Part shown: in pieces, positions 37,848 to 47,889 of the stretch | Numbering within the stretch: the stretch's first letter is position 1 | How the letters are laid out: the number at the start of each line of letters is the position of its first letter | From: an uncultured bacterium | GTDB taxonomy: Bacteria; Zixibacteria; MSB-5A5; UBA10806 | Assembly: GCA_965541585.1 (NCBI GenBank) | Contig: CBEUCH010000006.1 | Span: forward strand, 1-64,000 | Length of the DNA stretch: 64,000 nucleotides | Direction of reading: 5' to 3' | The notes under the pieces: model-generated | Told to the model about the DNA's origin: nothing | Seen by the model: the letters and a program-made list of their open reading frames with translations, nothing else | Database searches by the model: none | Translations under genes and position numbers: made by a program

Positions 37848-40028
37848 ATGAGCCGCGTAATTTCAAAAAAGATCGTCAGAAGGCTCTTAGCCGCCAGTTT
37901 TGTCCTTCTTTTGGTTGAAGAAGCAAAAGCCCAGGAGATCGAATATGTGGGTTCTAATTATCTCGGTGGACGAATCAGGGGATTGCACGTAAATGAACCG
38001 TACGCCATTTGTGGTATGAAAAACGGTTTCCAGATTCTTGACGTATCCAACCCTGAGGCAATTTCGAAAATGGGGGGCAATCCGTTTGTCGGCAGCGTAC
38101 GTGGGTTCGCAGTTTCCGGTACATACGCATATGCTACGACCTTTGAATATGAATCTGGAAGATTCTTCATATTGGATATACAGGACGTTCAAAATCCTGT
38201 GATCACTGGAGTTCTTGATCCTGTCGGCAGAGGGCAGCTGGATGTTTCAGGCGACTACGCCTATATCCTCGATTATAACCGGACAATTGATATTGTTGAT
38301 ATATCCGATCCATTCAATCCCGAGTTGGTAGGGGAGTATGTAAGTTCGAATACTATCAACGATATATTTATTTCCGGCACGTATGCATATCTTGGAGTAG
38401 AGGGTGGATGGCTTGAAATAGTCGATATTTCGAATCCGGTGGAGCCCGTTCTTATTACGCGATATTTTAGCGCTTTAAGTGATCACTTCAGAGAAGTATT
38501 CATATCCGGCGCATATGCATATTGCGCGGTCCTTTCATCCAGCGGAATCGAGATTGTGGATATTTCAGACCCCTTGAGCCCGGCATACGTTGGTCACCTT
38601 GAAGCCGGATGGGGCGTCGGGGATATCTTCGTCGAGGGAAATTACCTGTATGCAATTCAAGAATGGATATTCGATGAGGCGCTCTTCATAATTGTTAATG
38701 TAGAAGATCGTGAGAATCCATACTTAGAATGGAGCAACAATATTGGTAGCATTATGACTGATTTAAACGTATTCGTTTCTGATGATCGGGCATATCTTAC
38801 AATTAGTTCTTATCTGGCCATTATGGATGTCAGTACGCCTTCGTCTCCTGTCCTTCTTGGTGAATACAGATCATGGTACACTTTGGATAGGATATCGACG
38901 ACGGGGGCTCACGCCTTTGGGCTCCTATCCCATTTTCTCTACGTATTTAATATAGCAGATAATACTAGTCCTGAAGTTGTTGCGGCCTATGATCACGGAA
39001 TCGGGCGCAGTGTCTGTGATATAGCCGTTGCTGGAAATTTCGCATATGTTACTATTTTTACGGGCGGATTTGACATAGTTGATGTTTCAATACCCGAATC
39101 CCCCACCCTCGTCGGAGAGTATGAAGCTTCATCCGCCAGGGGTATAGACATTCAGGGAGATTATGTGTACTTATCGGCCAACCTGAACGAGTTGCACATA
39201 GTCGACATCAGTGATCCCTCTGATCCAACCCTGATAGGGGAATGCGGCGTAGAATGGATCGAAGATGTTATGGTGCAGGATGATCTGGCTTTTATCGCCC
39301 GAAAACCACGCCAGGATGACAATTATGGCTTCATGATAGCGGATATTTCAGATCCGACAGCGCCTGTCCTTATAGGGGGCTGTGAGATTCCTGATGCAGT
39401 AAGTGTATTTGTTCAGGGGCAATATGCTTATTTGGCCCTTTGGAGTTATGGGATCGTGATTATAGACGTCAGCGATCCTTACAATCCACTCGTGGCATCT
39501 TACTATGATACTGGCTGGGTGTCGATTCATGTTTATACCTAGGGAAATTATGCTTACATAACTGATTCTTGGGGTGGTCTGATTATTATCGACATTTCAG
39601 ATCCCTTCGATCCCGCATTCGTAACAGCGTATGACACACCTGGGGAGGCATGGACCAGTCACGTTGAGAGCGGGTACATTTATGTCGCCGATTACTATTC
39701 TCTAATGATTCTCAGATTCATTGGCGGTTCCTGCGATTATACTCCCGGCGATTGTGACCATGACGGCTTCCCGCTGGAGCTCAATGATGTGCTGACTATG
39801 ATCGGGAATTACAGGGGCACGGTAGCGCCCTATTATATATGTGATTGCGGAGTCGATCCACCGGGGTCTTATTTCGCAGCCACGGCCGATCCCAACGGCA
39901 ACTGCGTGGCCAACGAGCTCACCGATGTTGTCATCGAGATAGGGGCATATCGGGGGTTGGCTGAAGTATCCGGCTGCCCGGATTGCCCGGGCTCAGGATT
40001 ACTTCTTCGGGGTGGTGGAATTAGATGA
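37848..40028 (+). pseudogene. LVIVD-repeat beta-propeller plus dockerin-like tail, interrupted by an in-frame TAG at 39540-39542
   Basis: IVDISDP repeats continue in frame past the TAG (GNYAYITDSWGGLIIIDISDPFDP) into the dockerin ORF 39705-40028. Confidence 0.75.
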
Positions 40029-40118
40029 TATTTAGTATCTTTTAGTAAGGGATTTGATTAATCAGATCCTAATCTGACTTCAAACTGCTGTAAATTCTCA
40101 AAGCGACGGGAGACAATA

Positions 40119-41786
40119 ATGAAAAGGGGTCTAACACTTTTATCCGGGGCGTTACTGATTAGTATTAATGCTAACGCACACGCTGGAATTGGCCCTCTCG
40201 GTGCGCAGCAAGAACAAATGGTCATGACAAACCTCTCGTCTATGCCTTTGGCCTTTGCAGAGAACAGAGGCCAGTGGGATGAGAAAGTGCTTTACAGGGC
40301 TGAAGCAGGAGGGGCGACGTTCTATTTTTGTCGCGACGAGGTGGCCTATCTGTTTGTGCGGGACACCGACGAGCTGCATGAGGAGCAGGTCTGGAGTTTT
40401 CCTGATATGCTTGACATGCCTGGGATGCCTGAGAGGTTTGAGCGCCCGCGTTATAAGGAAGAGGCCATGCTCATCAAGGCTCAATTCATAGGCGCCAATC
40501 TCAACCCCGAAATCATCCCTGACGACCGCCTGTCACACAACTGCAATTATTTCTATGGCAATGATCCCGCCAAATGGCGCACCGACGTGGCTAACTATTC
40601 AGCCATAACTTATAAAGACATCTGGCCAGGCATAGATTTGCGTTATTATGGCAATGGCCGAGGGATGAAATACGATTTCATCGTCAATCCCGGAGCCAAC
40701 ATATCCCAAATAGAAGTCCGCTACGATGGCGTGGATAATCTCGCTATCACGTCAAACGGCGACCTGCAGGCAGATACGAGGTTTGGCTTTATCTATGAGA
40801 ATATACCCTCAGTTTACCAGGAGATGGGGAGAACCAGGCATAATATTACAGGCCGGTATCGGATAGTAGAGCCCGGCGCCTTTGGATTTGAAATTGAAGG
40901 CTACAATCCATCTGTTGCCCTTGTGATAGACCCCGAGCTTGTTTACAGCACCTACCTCGGCGGCAGCAGCGATGAAGAATGCTATGGAATTGCGGTTGAC
41001 GGCTCAGGCTCGGCCTATGTGACGGGCCAAACCTCGTCTCCCGACTTTCCCACCGTCAATCCCCATGACGGAAATCACAACGGCTCTGCGGACGTTTTCG
41101 TGACCAAGCTGTCGGCTGCGGGAAGCTCCCTTATCTACAGCACCTACCTGGGCGGTAGCGACTTTGATGGCAGTACTGCCATTGCGGTTGACGACTCAGG
41201 CTGGGCCTATGTGACAGGCAGCACCTCCTCTTCCGACTTTCCCACAGTCAATCCGCACGATGGAAGTTACAACGACTTTTGGGACGGTTTCGTGACCGGG
41301 CTGTCGGCCTCGGGAACCTCCCTTGTCTACAGCACCTACCTGGGCGGTAATGACATGGATATCGGCTACGGCATTGCAGTTGACGGCTCAGGCTCGGCCT
41401 ATGTGACGGGCATGACCTTATCTTCCGACTTTCCCTTAGTCAATCCCTACGATGGACGCTTAAACGGCCATGATGATAGCTTCGTATCGAAGTTTGGGCC
41501 GGAGGCTGCGCCCTGCGAGTACGTTCCCGGCGATGTCGACCACAACGACGTGCCGCTGGAGCTCGTTGATGTGGTCACCATGATCGGCAATTACTGGGGC
41601 AGTTTAGCTCCGGCTTACATCTGCAATTGCGGAGTTGATCCCCCGGGGCCTGAGTTTGCCGCCACTGCCGATCCCAACGGCAACTGCGTGGCCAACGAAC
41701 TCACAGACGTTGTCACCGAGATAGCCGCCTACCGTGGATCGGCGGATGTTTCCGGCTGCCCGGATTGCCCGGGCTCGGGGAGATAA
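40119..41786 (+). CDS. Secreted SBBP-repeat beta-propeller protein with dockerin-like tail
   Basis: FAENRGQW, IDPELVYSTYLGG, IAVDGSGSAYVTG repeats; PGDVDHND..CPDCPGSGR. Confidence 0.85.
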   Translation: MKRGLTLLSGALLISINANAHAGIGPLGAQQEQMVMTNLSSMPLAFAENRGQWDEKVLYRAEAGGATFYFCRDEVAYLFVRDTDELHEEQVWSFPDMLDMPGMPERFERPRYKEEAMLIKAQFIGANLNPEIIPDDRLSHNCNYFYGNDPAKWRTDVANYSAITYKDIWPGIDLRYYGNGRGMKYDFIVNPGANISQIEVRYDGVDNLAITSNGDLQADTRFGFIYENIPSVYQEMGRTRHNITGRYRIVEPGAFGFEIEGYNPSVALVIDPELVYSTYLGGSSDEECYGIAVDGSGSAYVTGQTSSPDFPTVNPHDGNHNGSADVFVTKLSAAGSSLIYSTYLGGSDFDGSTAIAVDDSGWAYVTGSTSSSDFPTVNPHDGSYNDFWDGFVTGLSASGTSLVYSTYLGGNDMDIGYGIAVDGSGSAYVTGMTLSSDFPLVNPYDGRLNGHDDSFVSKFGPEAAPCEYVPGDVDHNDVPLELVDVVTMIGNYWGSLAPAYICNCGVDPPGPEFAATADPNGNCVANELTDVVTEIAAYRGSADVSGCPDCPGSGR

Positions 41787-41820
41787 CGCATAGACGCAAT
41801 AAGTTTTAATCCAAACGCGC

Positions 41821-42713
41821 TTACGGGCCCGCTAAAAGTAATATGGCCACACCAACTACGGCTATGACGGTTCCCAGAATTGCATTTATCGTTATCCTGT
41901 CTTTGAAGATCCAGTAGGTAATTGGAATAAGAAATATCGGCGTGGTTGAGATCAGTGTCGATGCTATACCGATCCTGGCGTACTTGATCGCCACCAGCGA
42001 TAACCAGACCCCGACGAAAGGCCCAAAAATGAACCGGCTACAAGGGCTCCAAAGGCCTTCTTGTCTTTCAGGCTGATAAACGTCTGCTTGACCCTTCCTC
42101 TGACTATTGTGAAAAGCCAGATAACTACAACTCCGCATAATACGCGGATCAGATTTCCAGACAGCGTCGAGAATCCGCCCTCCAATCCCTTTTTGGAAAG
42201 AATCAGACCGAATGTTTGACCGAGCGCACCTCCCACGCCCAGCGTCATGCCCCAGAAGAGCCTCTTTCCCTTGACCCAGTTCTTATCTTTTTGTTTGTCG
42301 GCGACTACCCATATGATACCGCTGACCGTCAGCGTGATGGCGGTAACTTCCAGAACATTCAAAACCTCGCCTAAGAATATCCAGGCGAAGAGGGCACTCA
42401 TTATGGGGACCAGCGACATTAAAAGCATCGATACTCTGGTTCCCACTACAACAAAGGCCTCGAATAGCATGGCATCGCCGATAACGAATCCCACCAACCC
42501 GGAAATCCCCAGCCAGAACCAGCGCTCGGGGCCTGCATCTACAGGCATGAGGTTTCCCGTCGTAAGAAAATGAGTGAATAATAAAAATATTGCGGCTATC
42601 AAGAGCCTGATCCTGTTCACTATAGCCGAACCTACACGGATTCCGGCGATGGTGAAGAAGACTGAGGTGAACGCCCAGCAAAGCGCCGTAACCAGCCCCG
42701 CTATTTCTCCCAA
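41821..42713 (-). pseudogene. DMT/EamA family transporter with a frameshift near 42022-42029
   Basis: N-part ends ALVAGSF; C-part FGPFVGVWLSLVAIKYARIGIASTLISTTP is in another frame. Confidence 0.8.
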
Positions 42714-42825
42714 GAATCCGTCCAGAGTAACTCCCTACGCCAGTATATTAAGGCGCAATGATAAATAATCTAAATTGAAACGCAAGAGAAATGAAGGAAA
42801 TGGTTCAGCAGGGATAAGTCTGATA

Positions 42826-44211
42826 CTATTTATCCAGTGTCATGAATAGACTATTGAGCGATTCACCCATTGTGGGGTGGGCGAATATTGCATCTCTTAA
42901 AGTTGTATAGGACAGTTTTCCCATCATGGCGATCTGCAGCATGTTCATCACCTCGCCACCCTCGTAACCGAGAACAGCGCAACCCAGGATCTGTCCGGTC
43001 TTATTTTCCACAATGGCTTTCATAAACCCATTGGTTTCCTCGATCTCCAGGGCGCGCGCAATATAATTCATGGGAAGTCTGGCAACACGGAATTCATAGC
43101 CCCGCTCTTTAGCTTCCCTTTCCGACAGGCCGATCCGTCCGAGTTGGGGATCGATAAAGATAGTAGATGGTATCAGCCGGCCATCTATGCCGACGTTCCC
43201 TCCATTGAGCAGGTTTGCCCGGATGATCCTGTAATCATCGTATGAAATATGTGTGAACGCCGGTCCCCCTTTAACATCGCCTAACGCATAAACACCTTCG
43301 ATGTTGGTCTCAAGGCGGTTGCTTACTTTAATATATCCTTTGTCGTCGGTCTCTATGCCAGCGCTATCCAGGTTGAGATTTTCCGAGTTGGGCCTTCTGC
43401 CGGTGGCAATCAAAAGATGAGAACAGGTAATCGTCTTTTCAGCGTCAGGATTTTCAAGAGTTATATCTGTCTTTTTGTTACCTGATCCCTTTATATGTTT
43501 GGGAATTGTATTGAGCAGTATTTTTATCCCTTCGCCGCCCAGGATTGTTGCGACTTCCTCGGAAACATCAGTATCCTCTCCGGTCAACAATCTCCCTGAA
43601 CGCTGGACGATCGTCACCTTGCTGCCGAATCGGCGAAACATCTGGCCGAACTCCAGGCCGATATAGCCTCCGCCCAGAACAACCAGGTGTTCGGGTATCG
43701 TTCCCAGCTCCATGATCGATGTTGAATCCAGGAAAGGAACGTTATCCAGGCCATCTATGGCTGGGATTGTTGGTCTGGCGCCGGTATTTATAAAGATCTT
43801 TTTGGCCTTTAACTGGCTAACTCCGCCTTCGTTGCGCTGCACCTGAACAGTTTTCGCCCCTGTGAAGCTGGCCAGTCCGAAGATCAAATCCAGGTTTTCT
43901 GCATCCTCGAGTCGTTTCCGGGATCCATTTCGCCAGCTCTCGACAATGTCTCCTTTCCGCTGACGAATCTTTTTCATATCGATTTTTATTTCGCCGGTTT
44001 CGATACCGTAATCGGATGATCGCCGGGCTGTATAGGCTGCTCTGGCGCTGGCCATCATAGTCTTGGTTGGTGTACAGCCGACGTTTATACAGGTCCCTCC
44101 TACATGCGTGCTCTCCACCAGAGCGGTTTTCCAACCGGCGGCCGCCAGAGCAAGGGCCAGGGGATTACCGCCTTGCCCCGATCCTATTATGATACCATCA
44201 TATTGATCCAT
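42826..44211 (-). CDS. Class I pyridine nucleotide-disulfide oxidoreductase (RclA/MerA-like, without C-terminal Cys pair)
   Basis: GSGQGG, GGTCINVGCTPTK, GGGYIGLE, GDVKGGPAFTHIS, HPTMGE. Confidence 0.9.
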   Translation of the reverse strand: MDQYDGIIIGSGQGGNPLALALAAAGWKTALVESTHVGGTCINVGCTPTKTMMASARAAYTARRSSDYGIETGEIKIDMKKIRQRKGDIVESWRNGSRKRLEDAENLDLIFGLASFTGAKTVQVQRNEGGVSQLKAKKIFINTGARPTIPAIDGLDNVPFLDSTSIMELGTIPEHLVVLGGGYIGLEFGQMFRRFGSKVTIVQRSGRLLTGEDTDVSEEVATILGGEGIKILLNTIPKHIKGSGNKKTDITLENPDAEKTITCSHLLIATGRRPNSENLNLDSAGIETDDKGYIKVSNRLETNIEGVYALGDVKGGPAFTHISYDDYRIIRANLLNGGNVGIDGRLIPSTIFIDPQLGRIGLSEREAKERGYEFRVARLPMNYIARALEIEETNGFMKAIVENKTGQILGCAVLGYEGGEVMNMLQIAMMGKLSYTTLRDAIFAHPTMGESLNSLFMTLDK

Positions 44212-44253
44212 GTTGCGGTCGGTCCTTTCTAGATTTGGGCGATTCCTGTATCA

Positions 44254-45264
44254 TTACTTCGGCCCCGGTTTATTGACGCGCCAGACGGAGTCCATGAAAT
44301 AGCCACGGGAGTCAAAAAAGTTTTCTTCGAGAATAAATCCGGTTTCGTTTGCCAGCAACTCAACATCGGAAAGCAAATACTTATATGAATATTCGATATG
44401 AATCGGTTCCCAGGCCTTGAATTGGAAGGAGCGCCCGATCTGCTCTATGTAAACCTCCTGGTCCTCCAGGCTGACGAGATAGCTTTGCATAGCCCCCTGG
44501 AAAACATCATACGTGCCAAAATGGCGAAACTTTGAAAGATCAAAATTCCCCTTCAATTCTTTATTGATACGTCGAAGCATATTCAGATTGAATTCCCTGG
44601 TTACTCCTTTGGAATCGTTATAGGCGCAGAGCAGAAGCTCGATATCTTTTTTCAGATCGAATCCTATCAGTATCAGATCATCGTGGTTAAGGCAGTTCCA
44701 GACATTTCGCAGGAAGATTCTTGATTGAGCGTGATTGAAATTACCTATTGTCGATCCCAGAAACAATATGAAATCTCTTCGGTTGAATCTGTTGTTCAAC
44801 CACTTAAGGCCGGTGAAATAATCCGATACCAGGCCGTTTGTTTCCAGTTCTGGAAAGCGTTTGTCCATTGATTTAACGAGTTCACGCATGGCCGGTTCTG
44901 AAATGTCTATCGGTACATATTGAAATTGCAGGTTTGAAAGAATATAGTGCTGGAGCAAACTTTCCGTCTTACGTGCCTCGCCGGGGCCGAGCTCCACCAG
45001 GTTGAAAGGCTGATCGGCGACGAATTGAGCTATGTCTTCTTTGTATTTTTCGAGAATCTCCAGCTCGCAGTTGGTCAGATAATATTCCGGCAGGCGCGTG
45101 ATAGCCTTGAATAGCTCGCTGCCATGTTCATCGTAGAGGTATTTAGATGAGATCGATTTAGGCGTTTCGGAAAGTCCCACAAGCACATCGAGGGCAAAGG
45201 AGTCCTTCTCTTTGAATGAGTCGGCGTAATCTTTTTGATCGATTATTTTGTAGGTTGCTGACAT
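44254..45264 (-). CDS. egtD: L-histidine N-alpha-methyltransferase (EgtD/EanA family)
   Basis: YDEHGSELF..ITRLPEYYLT, VELGPG, LGSTIGNF, AYNDSKGVT..FNLN, IHIEYSYKY. Confidence 0.9.
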   Translation of the reverse strand: MSATYKIIDQKDYADSFKEKDSFALDVLVGLSETPKSISSKYLYDEHGSELFKAITRLPEYYLTNCELEILEKYKEDIAQFVADQPFNLVELGPGEARKTESLLQHYILSNLQFQYVPIDISEPAMRELVKSMDKRFPELETNGLVSDYFTGLKWLNNRFNRRDFILFLGSTIGNFNHAQSRIFLRNVWNCLNHDDLILIGFDLKKDIELLLCAYNDSKGVTREFNLNMLRRINKELKGNFDLSKFRHFGTYDVFQGAMQSYLVSLEDQEVYIEQIGRSFQFKAWEPIHIEYSYKYLLSDVELLANETGFILEENFFDSRGYFMDSVWRVNKPGPK

Positions 45265-45401
45265 CTGATAATTTATCCTATTGTGAAATTTAGGCCTTTC
45301 GAATCCAGCCCATGGATCGGTTCACGGTTTCCATGCCTGAAAACGTCTCTGCGAAACCAGCCGGAATCAAGAGGGAGAATTTTAGCAGCTTCGCACAGCC
45401 T

Positions 45402-45430
45402 ATAATAATTAAGTTTTCTCATCATGACAA
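45402..45430 (-). promoter_or_regulatory. Sigma70-like promoter upstream of egtD
   Basis: Minus strand TTGTCA-17 nt-TATTAT. Confidence 0.5.
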
Positions 45431-45485
45431 CAAAAGAAACTTAAAAGGCAATCGGACAGGTTCCCGATACCCCTTCAGCTGACTT

Positions 45486-47006
45486 TTACTCCCGGCTAAA
45501 CATGAACGAATGCAGGTAATCGGCTGCATCGCTGACGGAAACGTTTTCGGAATCAACCATATTATTGGCTCGCCGCATCTGGTCGTCGTCGATGGCATCG
45601 ATTAATGAGTGAAGAGCAGGAGCCAGCCCCGGTTTTTCCGAAGCATCTGGCGATAAAAGCAGGACGGCGTCGTACGGAGGTAATGCCTGCAGGGGATCGT
45701 CGAGAACTGTAAGATCGTAGGCGACTATACGGCCGTCGGTGGAATAGGCGGAGATAACATCCACCTGGCCCTGGTTCACCGCCGAGTACATGAGAGTCGG
45801 ATCCAAAGTCAACTTTTCTCCGAACTGCAGGTTGTATTTGCTCTCCAGGGCGGCCCACTCGGGGCGGCTGAAGAACTCATAGTCGCTGCCTATCGTGATC
45901 GTTTTTGAGTGCAGAGCCAGATCGACAATGGTTTTGACACCAAGGATTTCGGCCTGCGTCCGGGGCATGGCCAGGGCGTATGTATTCTCGAATCCCAGGG
46001 GCCCGAGACAGACGATACCATGCTTATCTTTAAGCCAGCGTGTCATTTCGCTAAGAACCACATCCGCAGCAGGGTTGTCCTTCCGCTTCATATGGTTGGC
46101 CCATACAGTGCCGCTGTAGTCGACATAGCAATCGATATTGCCGTTAGATAGCGCATCAAAAAGGATGGTCGATCCCATGCTGGTCTTGGTTTCAGTCTCG
46201 AAACCGGCATCCTCAAGTATCCTCCCCATCAGTTCAGCGAGTATATATTGTTCGGTGAATGGTTTGGCTCCTATGACTACCTCAGAGGCACCATCACCGG
46301 TTCTATCATGAGATAAAACGGGATATAATCCTCCGCTCAATACCATAAGAAGTAATAATGCGGCGATGGATCCCAGTATACGGCTGCGTTTGGTGATGGC
46401 TATTTCAACTAAGCGAATTAATTGATCCAGGATGATAGCCAGACCGGCCGCCGCGACGCATCCCACGATCACCGCGGTCGGGTTCTGGGTTTGCAACCCG
46501 CTGAAGATGTAGTTGCCGAGGCTGGTGGCTCCAACCGGTGTCGAGAGTGTGGCAGTTCCGACCACCCAGACGGTGGCCGTGCGTATGCCGGCTATTATTA
46601 CCGGGGTGGCCAGTGGGATTTCGACTTTGAATAAGATCTGGCTCGATGTCATCCCGATACCGCGGGCGGCCTCGGTGAGGGCGGGATCGACACCAAGTAT
46701 GCCGGTGACAGTATTGCGGATTATCGGCAGCATGCTGTAAAGGACCAGGGCGATGAGCGCCGGTAGAAAACCAATCCGCCCTAAAATCGGGACCATAAGC
46801 GCCAGAAGGGCAATGCCGGGTATGGTCTGCATAACGCCGGCAAAGGTCAGAGTCGGCCACTGAAGCGGTTTGATACGTGTAATCAAAAAAGCCGTAGGCA
46901 GGCAGACGGCGATCCCTATGGTAAGAGCGACGATGGTCAAAAGCAGGTGGCCACCGAGATAATCGGGGAGCAGAGCCAGTTGTTCTACTAAAGCATCAGA
47001 CATCAT
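45486..47006 (-). CDS. Osmoprotectant/betaine-type ABC importer, fused permease and substrate-binding protein
   Basis: QTIPGIALL, EAARGIGM loop, GAKPFTEQYIL, YVDYSGT, FENTYAL, YSTDG, PPYDA. Confidence 0.9.
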   Translation of the reverse strand: MMSDALVEQLALLPDYLGGHLLLTIVALTIGIAVCLPTAFLITRIKPLQWPTLTFAGVMQTIPGIALLALMVPILGRIGFLPALIALVLYSMLPIIRNTVTGILGVDPALTEAARGIGMTSSQILFKVEIPLATPVIIAGIRTATVWVVGTATLSTPVGATSLGNYIFSGLQTQNPTAVIVGCVAAAGLAIILDQLIRLVEIAITKRSRILGSIAALLLLMVLSGGLYPVLSHDRTGDGASEVVIGAKPFTEQYILAELMGRILEDAGFETETKTSMGSTILFDALSNGNIDCYVDYSGTVWANHMKRKDNPAADVVLSEMTRWLKDKHGIVCLGPLGFENTYALAMPRTQAEILGVKTIVDLALHSKTITIGSDYEFFSRPEWAALESKYNLQFGEKLTLDPTLMYSAVNQGQVDVISAYSTDGRIVAYDLTVLDDPLQALPPYDAVLLLSPDASEKPGLAPALHSLIDAIDDDQMRRANNMVDSENVSVSDAADYLHSFMFSRE

Positions 47007-47778
47007 CGGCCTCTTTCTCACCGATTATCTTCTCCATCCGCAAGGTCTGTTTTCTGGGGGTCTCCATCAGAGAAGATACATACGGATGTCCCGGATCGGT
47101 TAGAATCATACGCGGCGTGTCGATCCGAACGATACGCCCGGCCTCCATCACCGCTATTCTATCCGCCAGTAGCAGAGCTTCGGTAACATCATGCGTGACC
47201 ATGACGACAGTCAGGCCGAGATTTTTCTGCAATTGCTCGAATTCGCTTTGCAGGGCGCTGCGGGTGATGGGATCGAGGGCGCCGAACGGTTCATCCATGA
47301 GCATGACGCTCGGCTCTGCCGCTAACGCCCGGGCCACGCCGACACGCTGCCTCTGCCCGCCCGACAGTTCTGATGGATTGCGATCCCTGAACCGATCCGC
47401 CGGCAAACCGACCATTTCCAGAAGCTCATCGCCCCGCTTGTCAATATCCGCTTTCCCCCATCCGAGCAGCTTCGGCACGGCGGCGACGTTCTCGGCCACG
47501 CTCATATGGGGAAAAAGCCCGATCTCCTGGAAGACATATCCGATCCCTCGACGCAGCATGACGGGATCGACCGTTGAGACGTCCTTGCCGTCGACTAATA
47601 TCCTGCCCGATGACGGTTCTATGAGACGGTTTATCATCTTTAAGGTTGTGGTTTTGCCGCAGCCGGATTCACCCAATAGAACCAGGAATTCACCCTCGGC
47701 AACCTCGAGGTCTATGTCTCTGACGGCAAGAGTGGCTCCTTTATGGTATGTTTTGGAGACTTTTTCGAGCTTGATCAA
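46996..47778 (-). CDS. ABC transporter ATP-binding subunit (ProV/OpuA-like)
   Basis: GESGCGKTTTLKMINRLIEP, LSGGQRQR, MDEPFGALDPITR. Confidence 0.93.
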   Translation of the reverse strand: MIKLEKVSKTYHKGATLAVRDIDLEVAEGEFLVLLGESGCGKTTTLKMINRLIEPSSGRILVDGKDVSTVDPVMLRRGIGYVFQEIGLFPHMSVAENVAAVPKLLGWGKADIDKRGDELLEMVGLPADRFRDRNPSELSGGQRQRVGVARALAAEPSVMLMDEPFGALDPITRSALQSEFEQLQKNLGLTVVMVTHDVTEALLLADRIAVMEAGRIVRIDTPRMILTDPGHPYVSSLMETPRKQTLRMEKIIGEKEADDV

Positions 47779-47889
47779 AATCGCCTTTCCGATATCCTCT
47801 TATCGATTGTTTTCCAAGATAATGTTTATATACCCAAACTCAAGGATATAAATAAATATGTCATTCCCGCGCGAACAGAATCCAGCTTA

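Noticed and set aside
39540..39542. Genome-wide TAG recoding or pyrrolysine
   Set aside because: TAG ends conserved genes such as rpmH; no pyl genes in the window; the position expects Gln
42826..44211. merA mercuric reductase
   Set aside because: No C-terminal Cys-Cys pair, no N-terminal metal-binding domain, no mer operon
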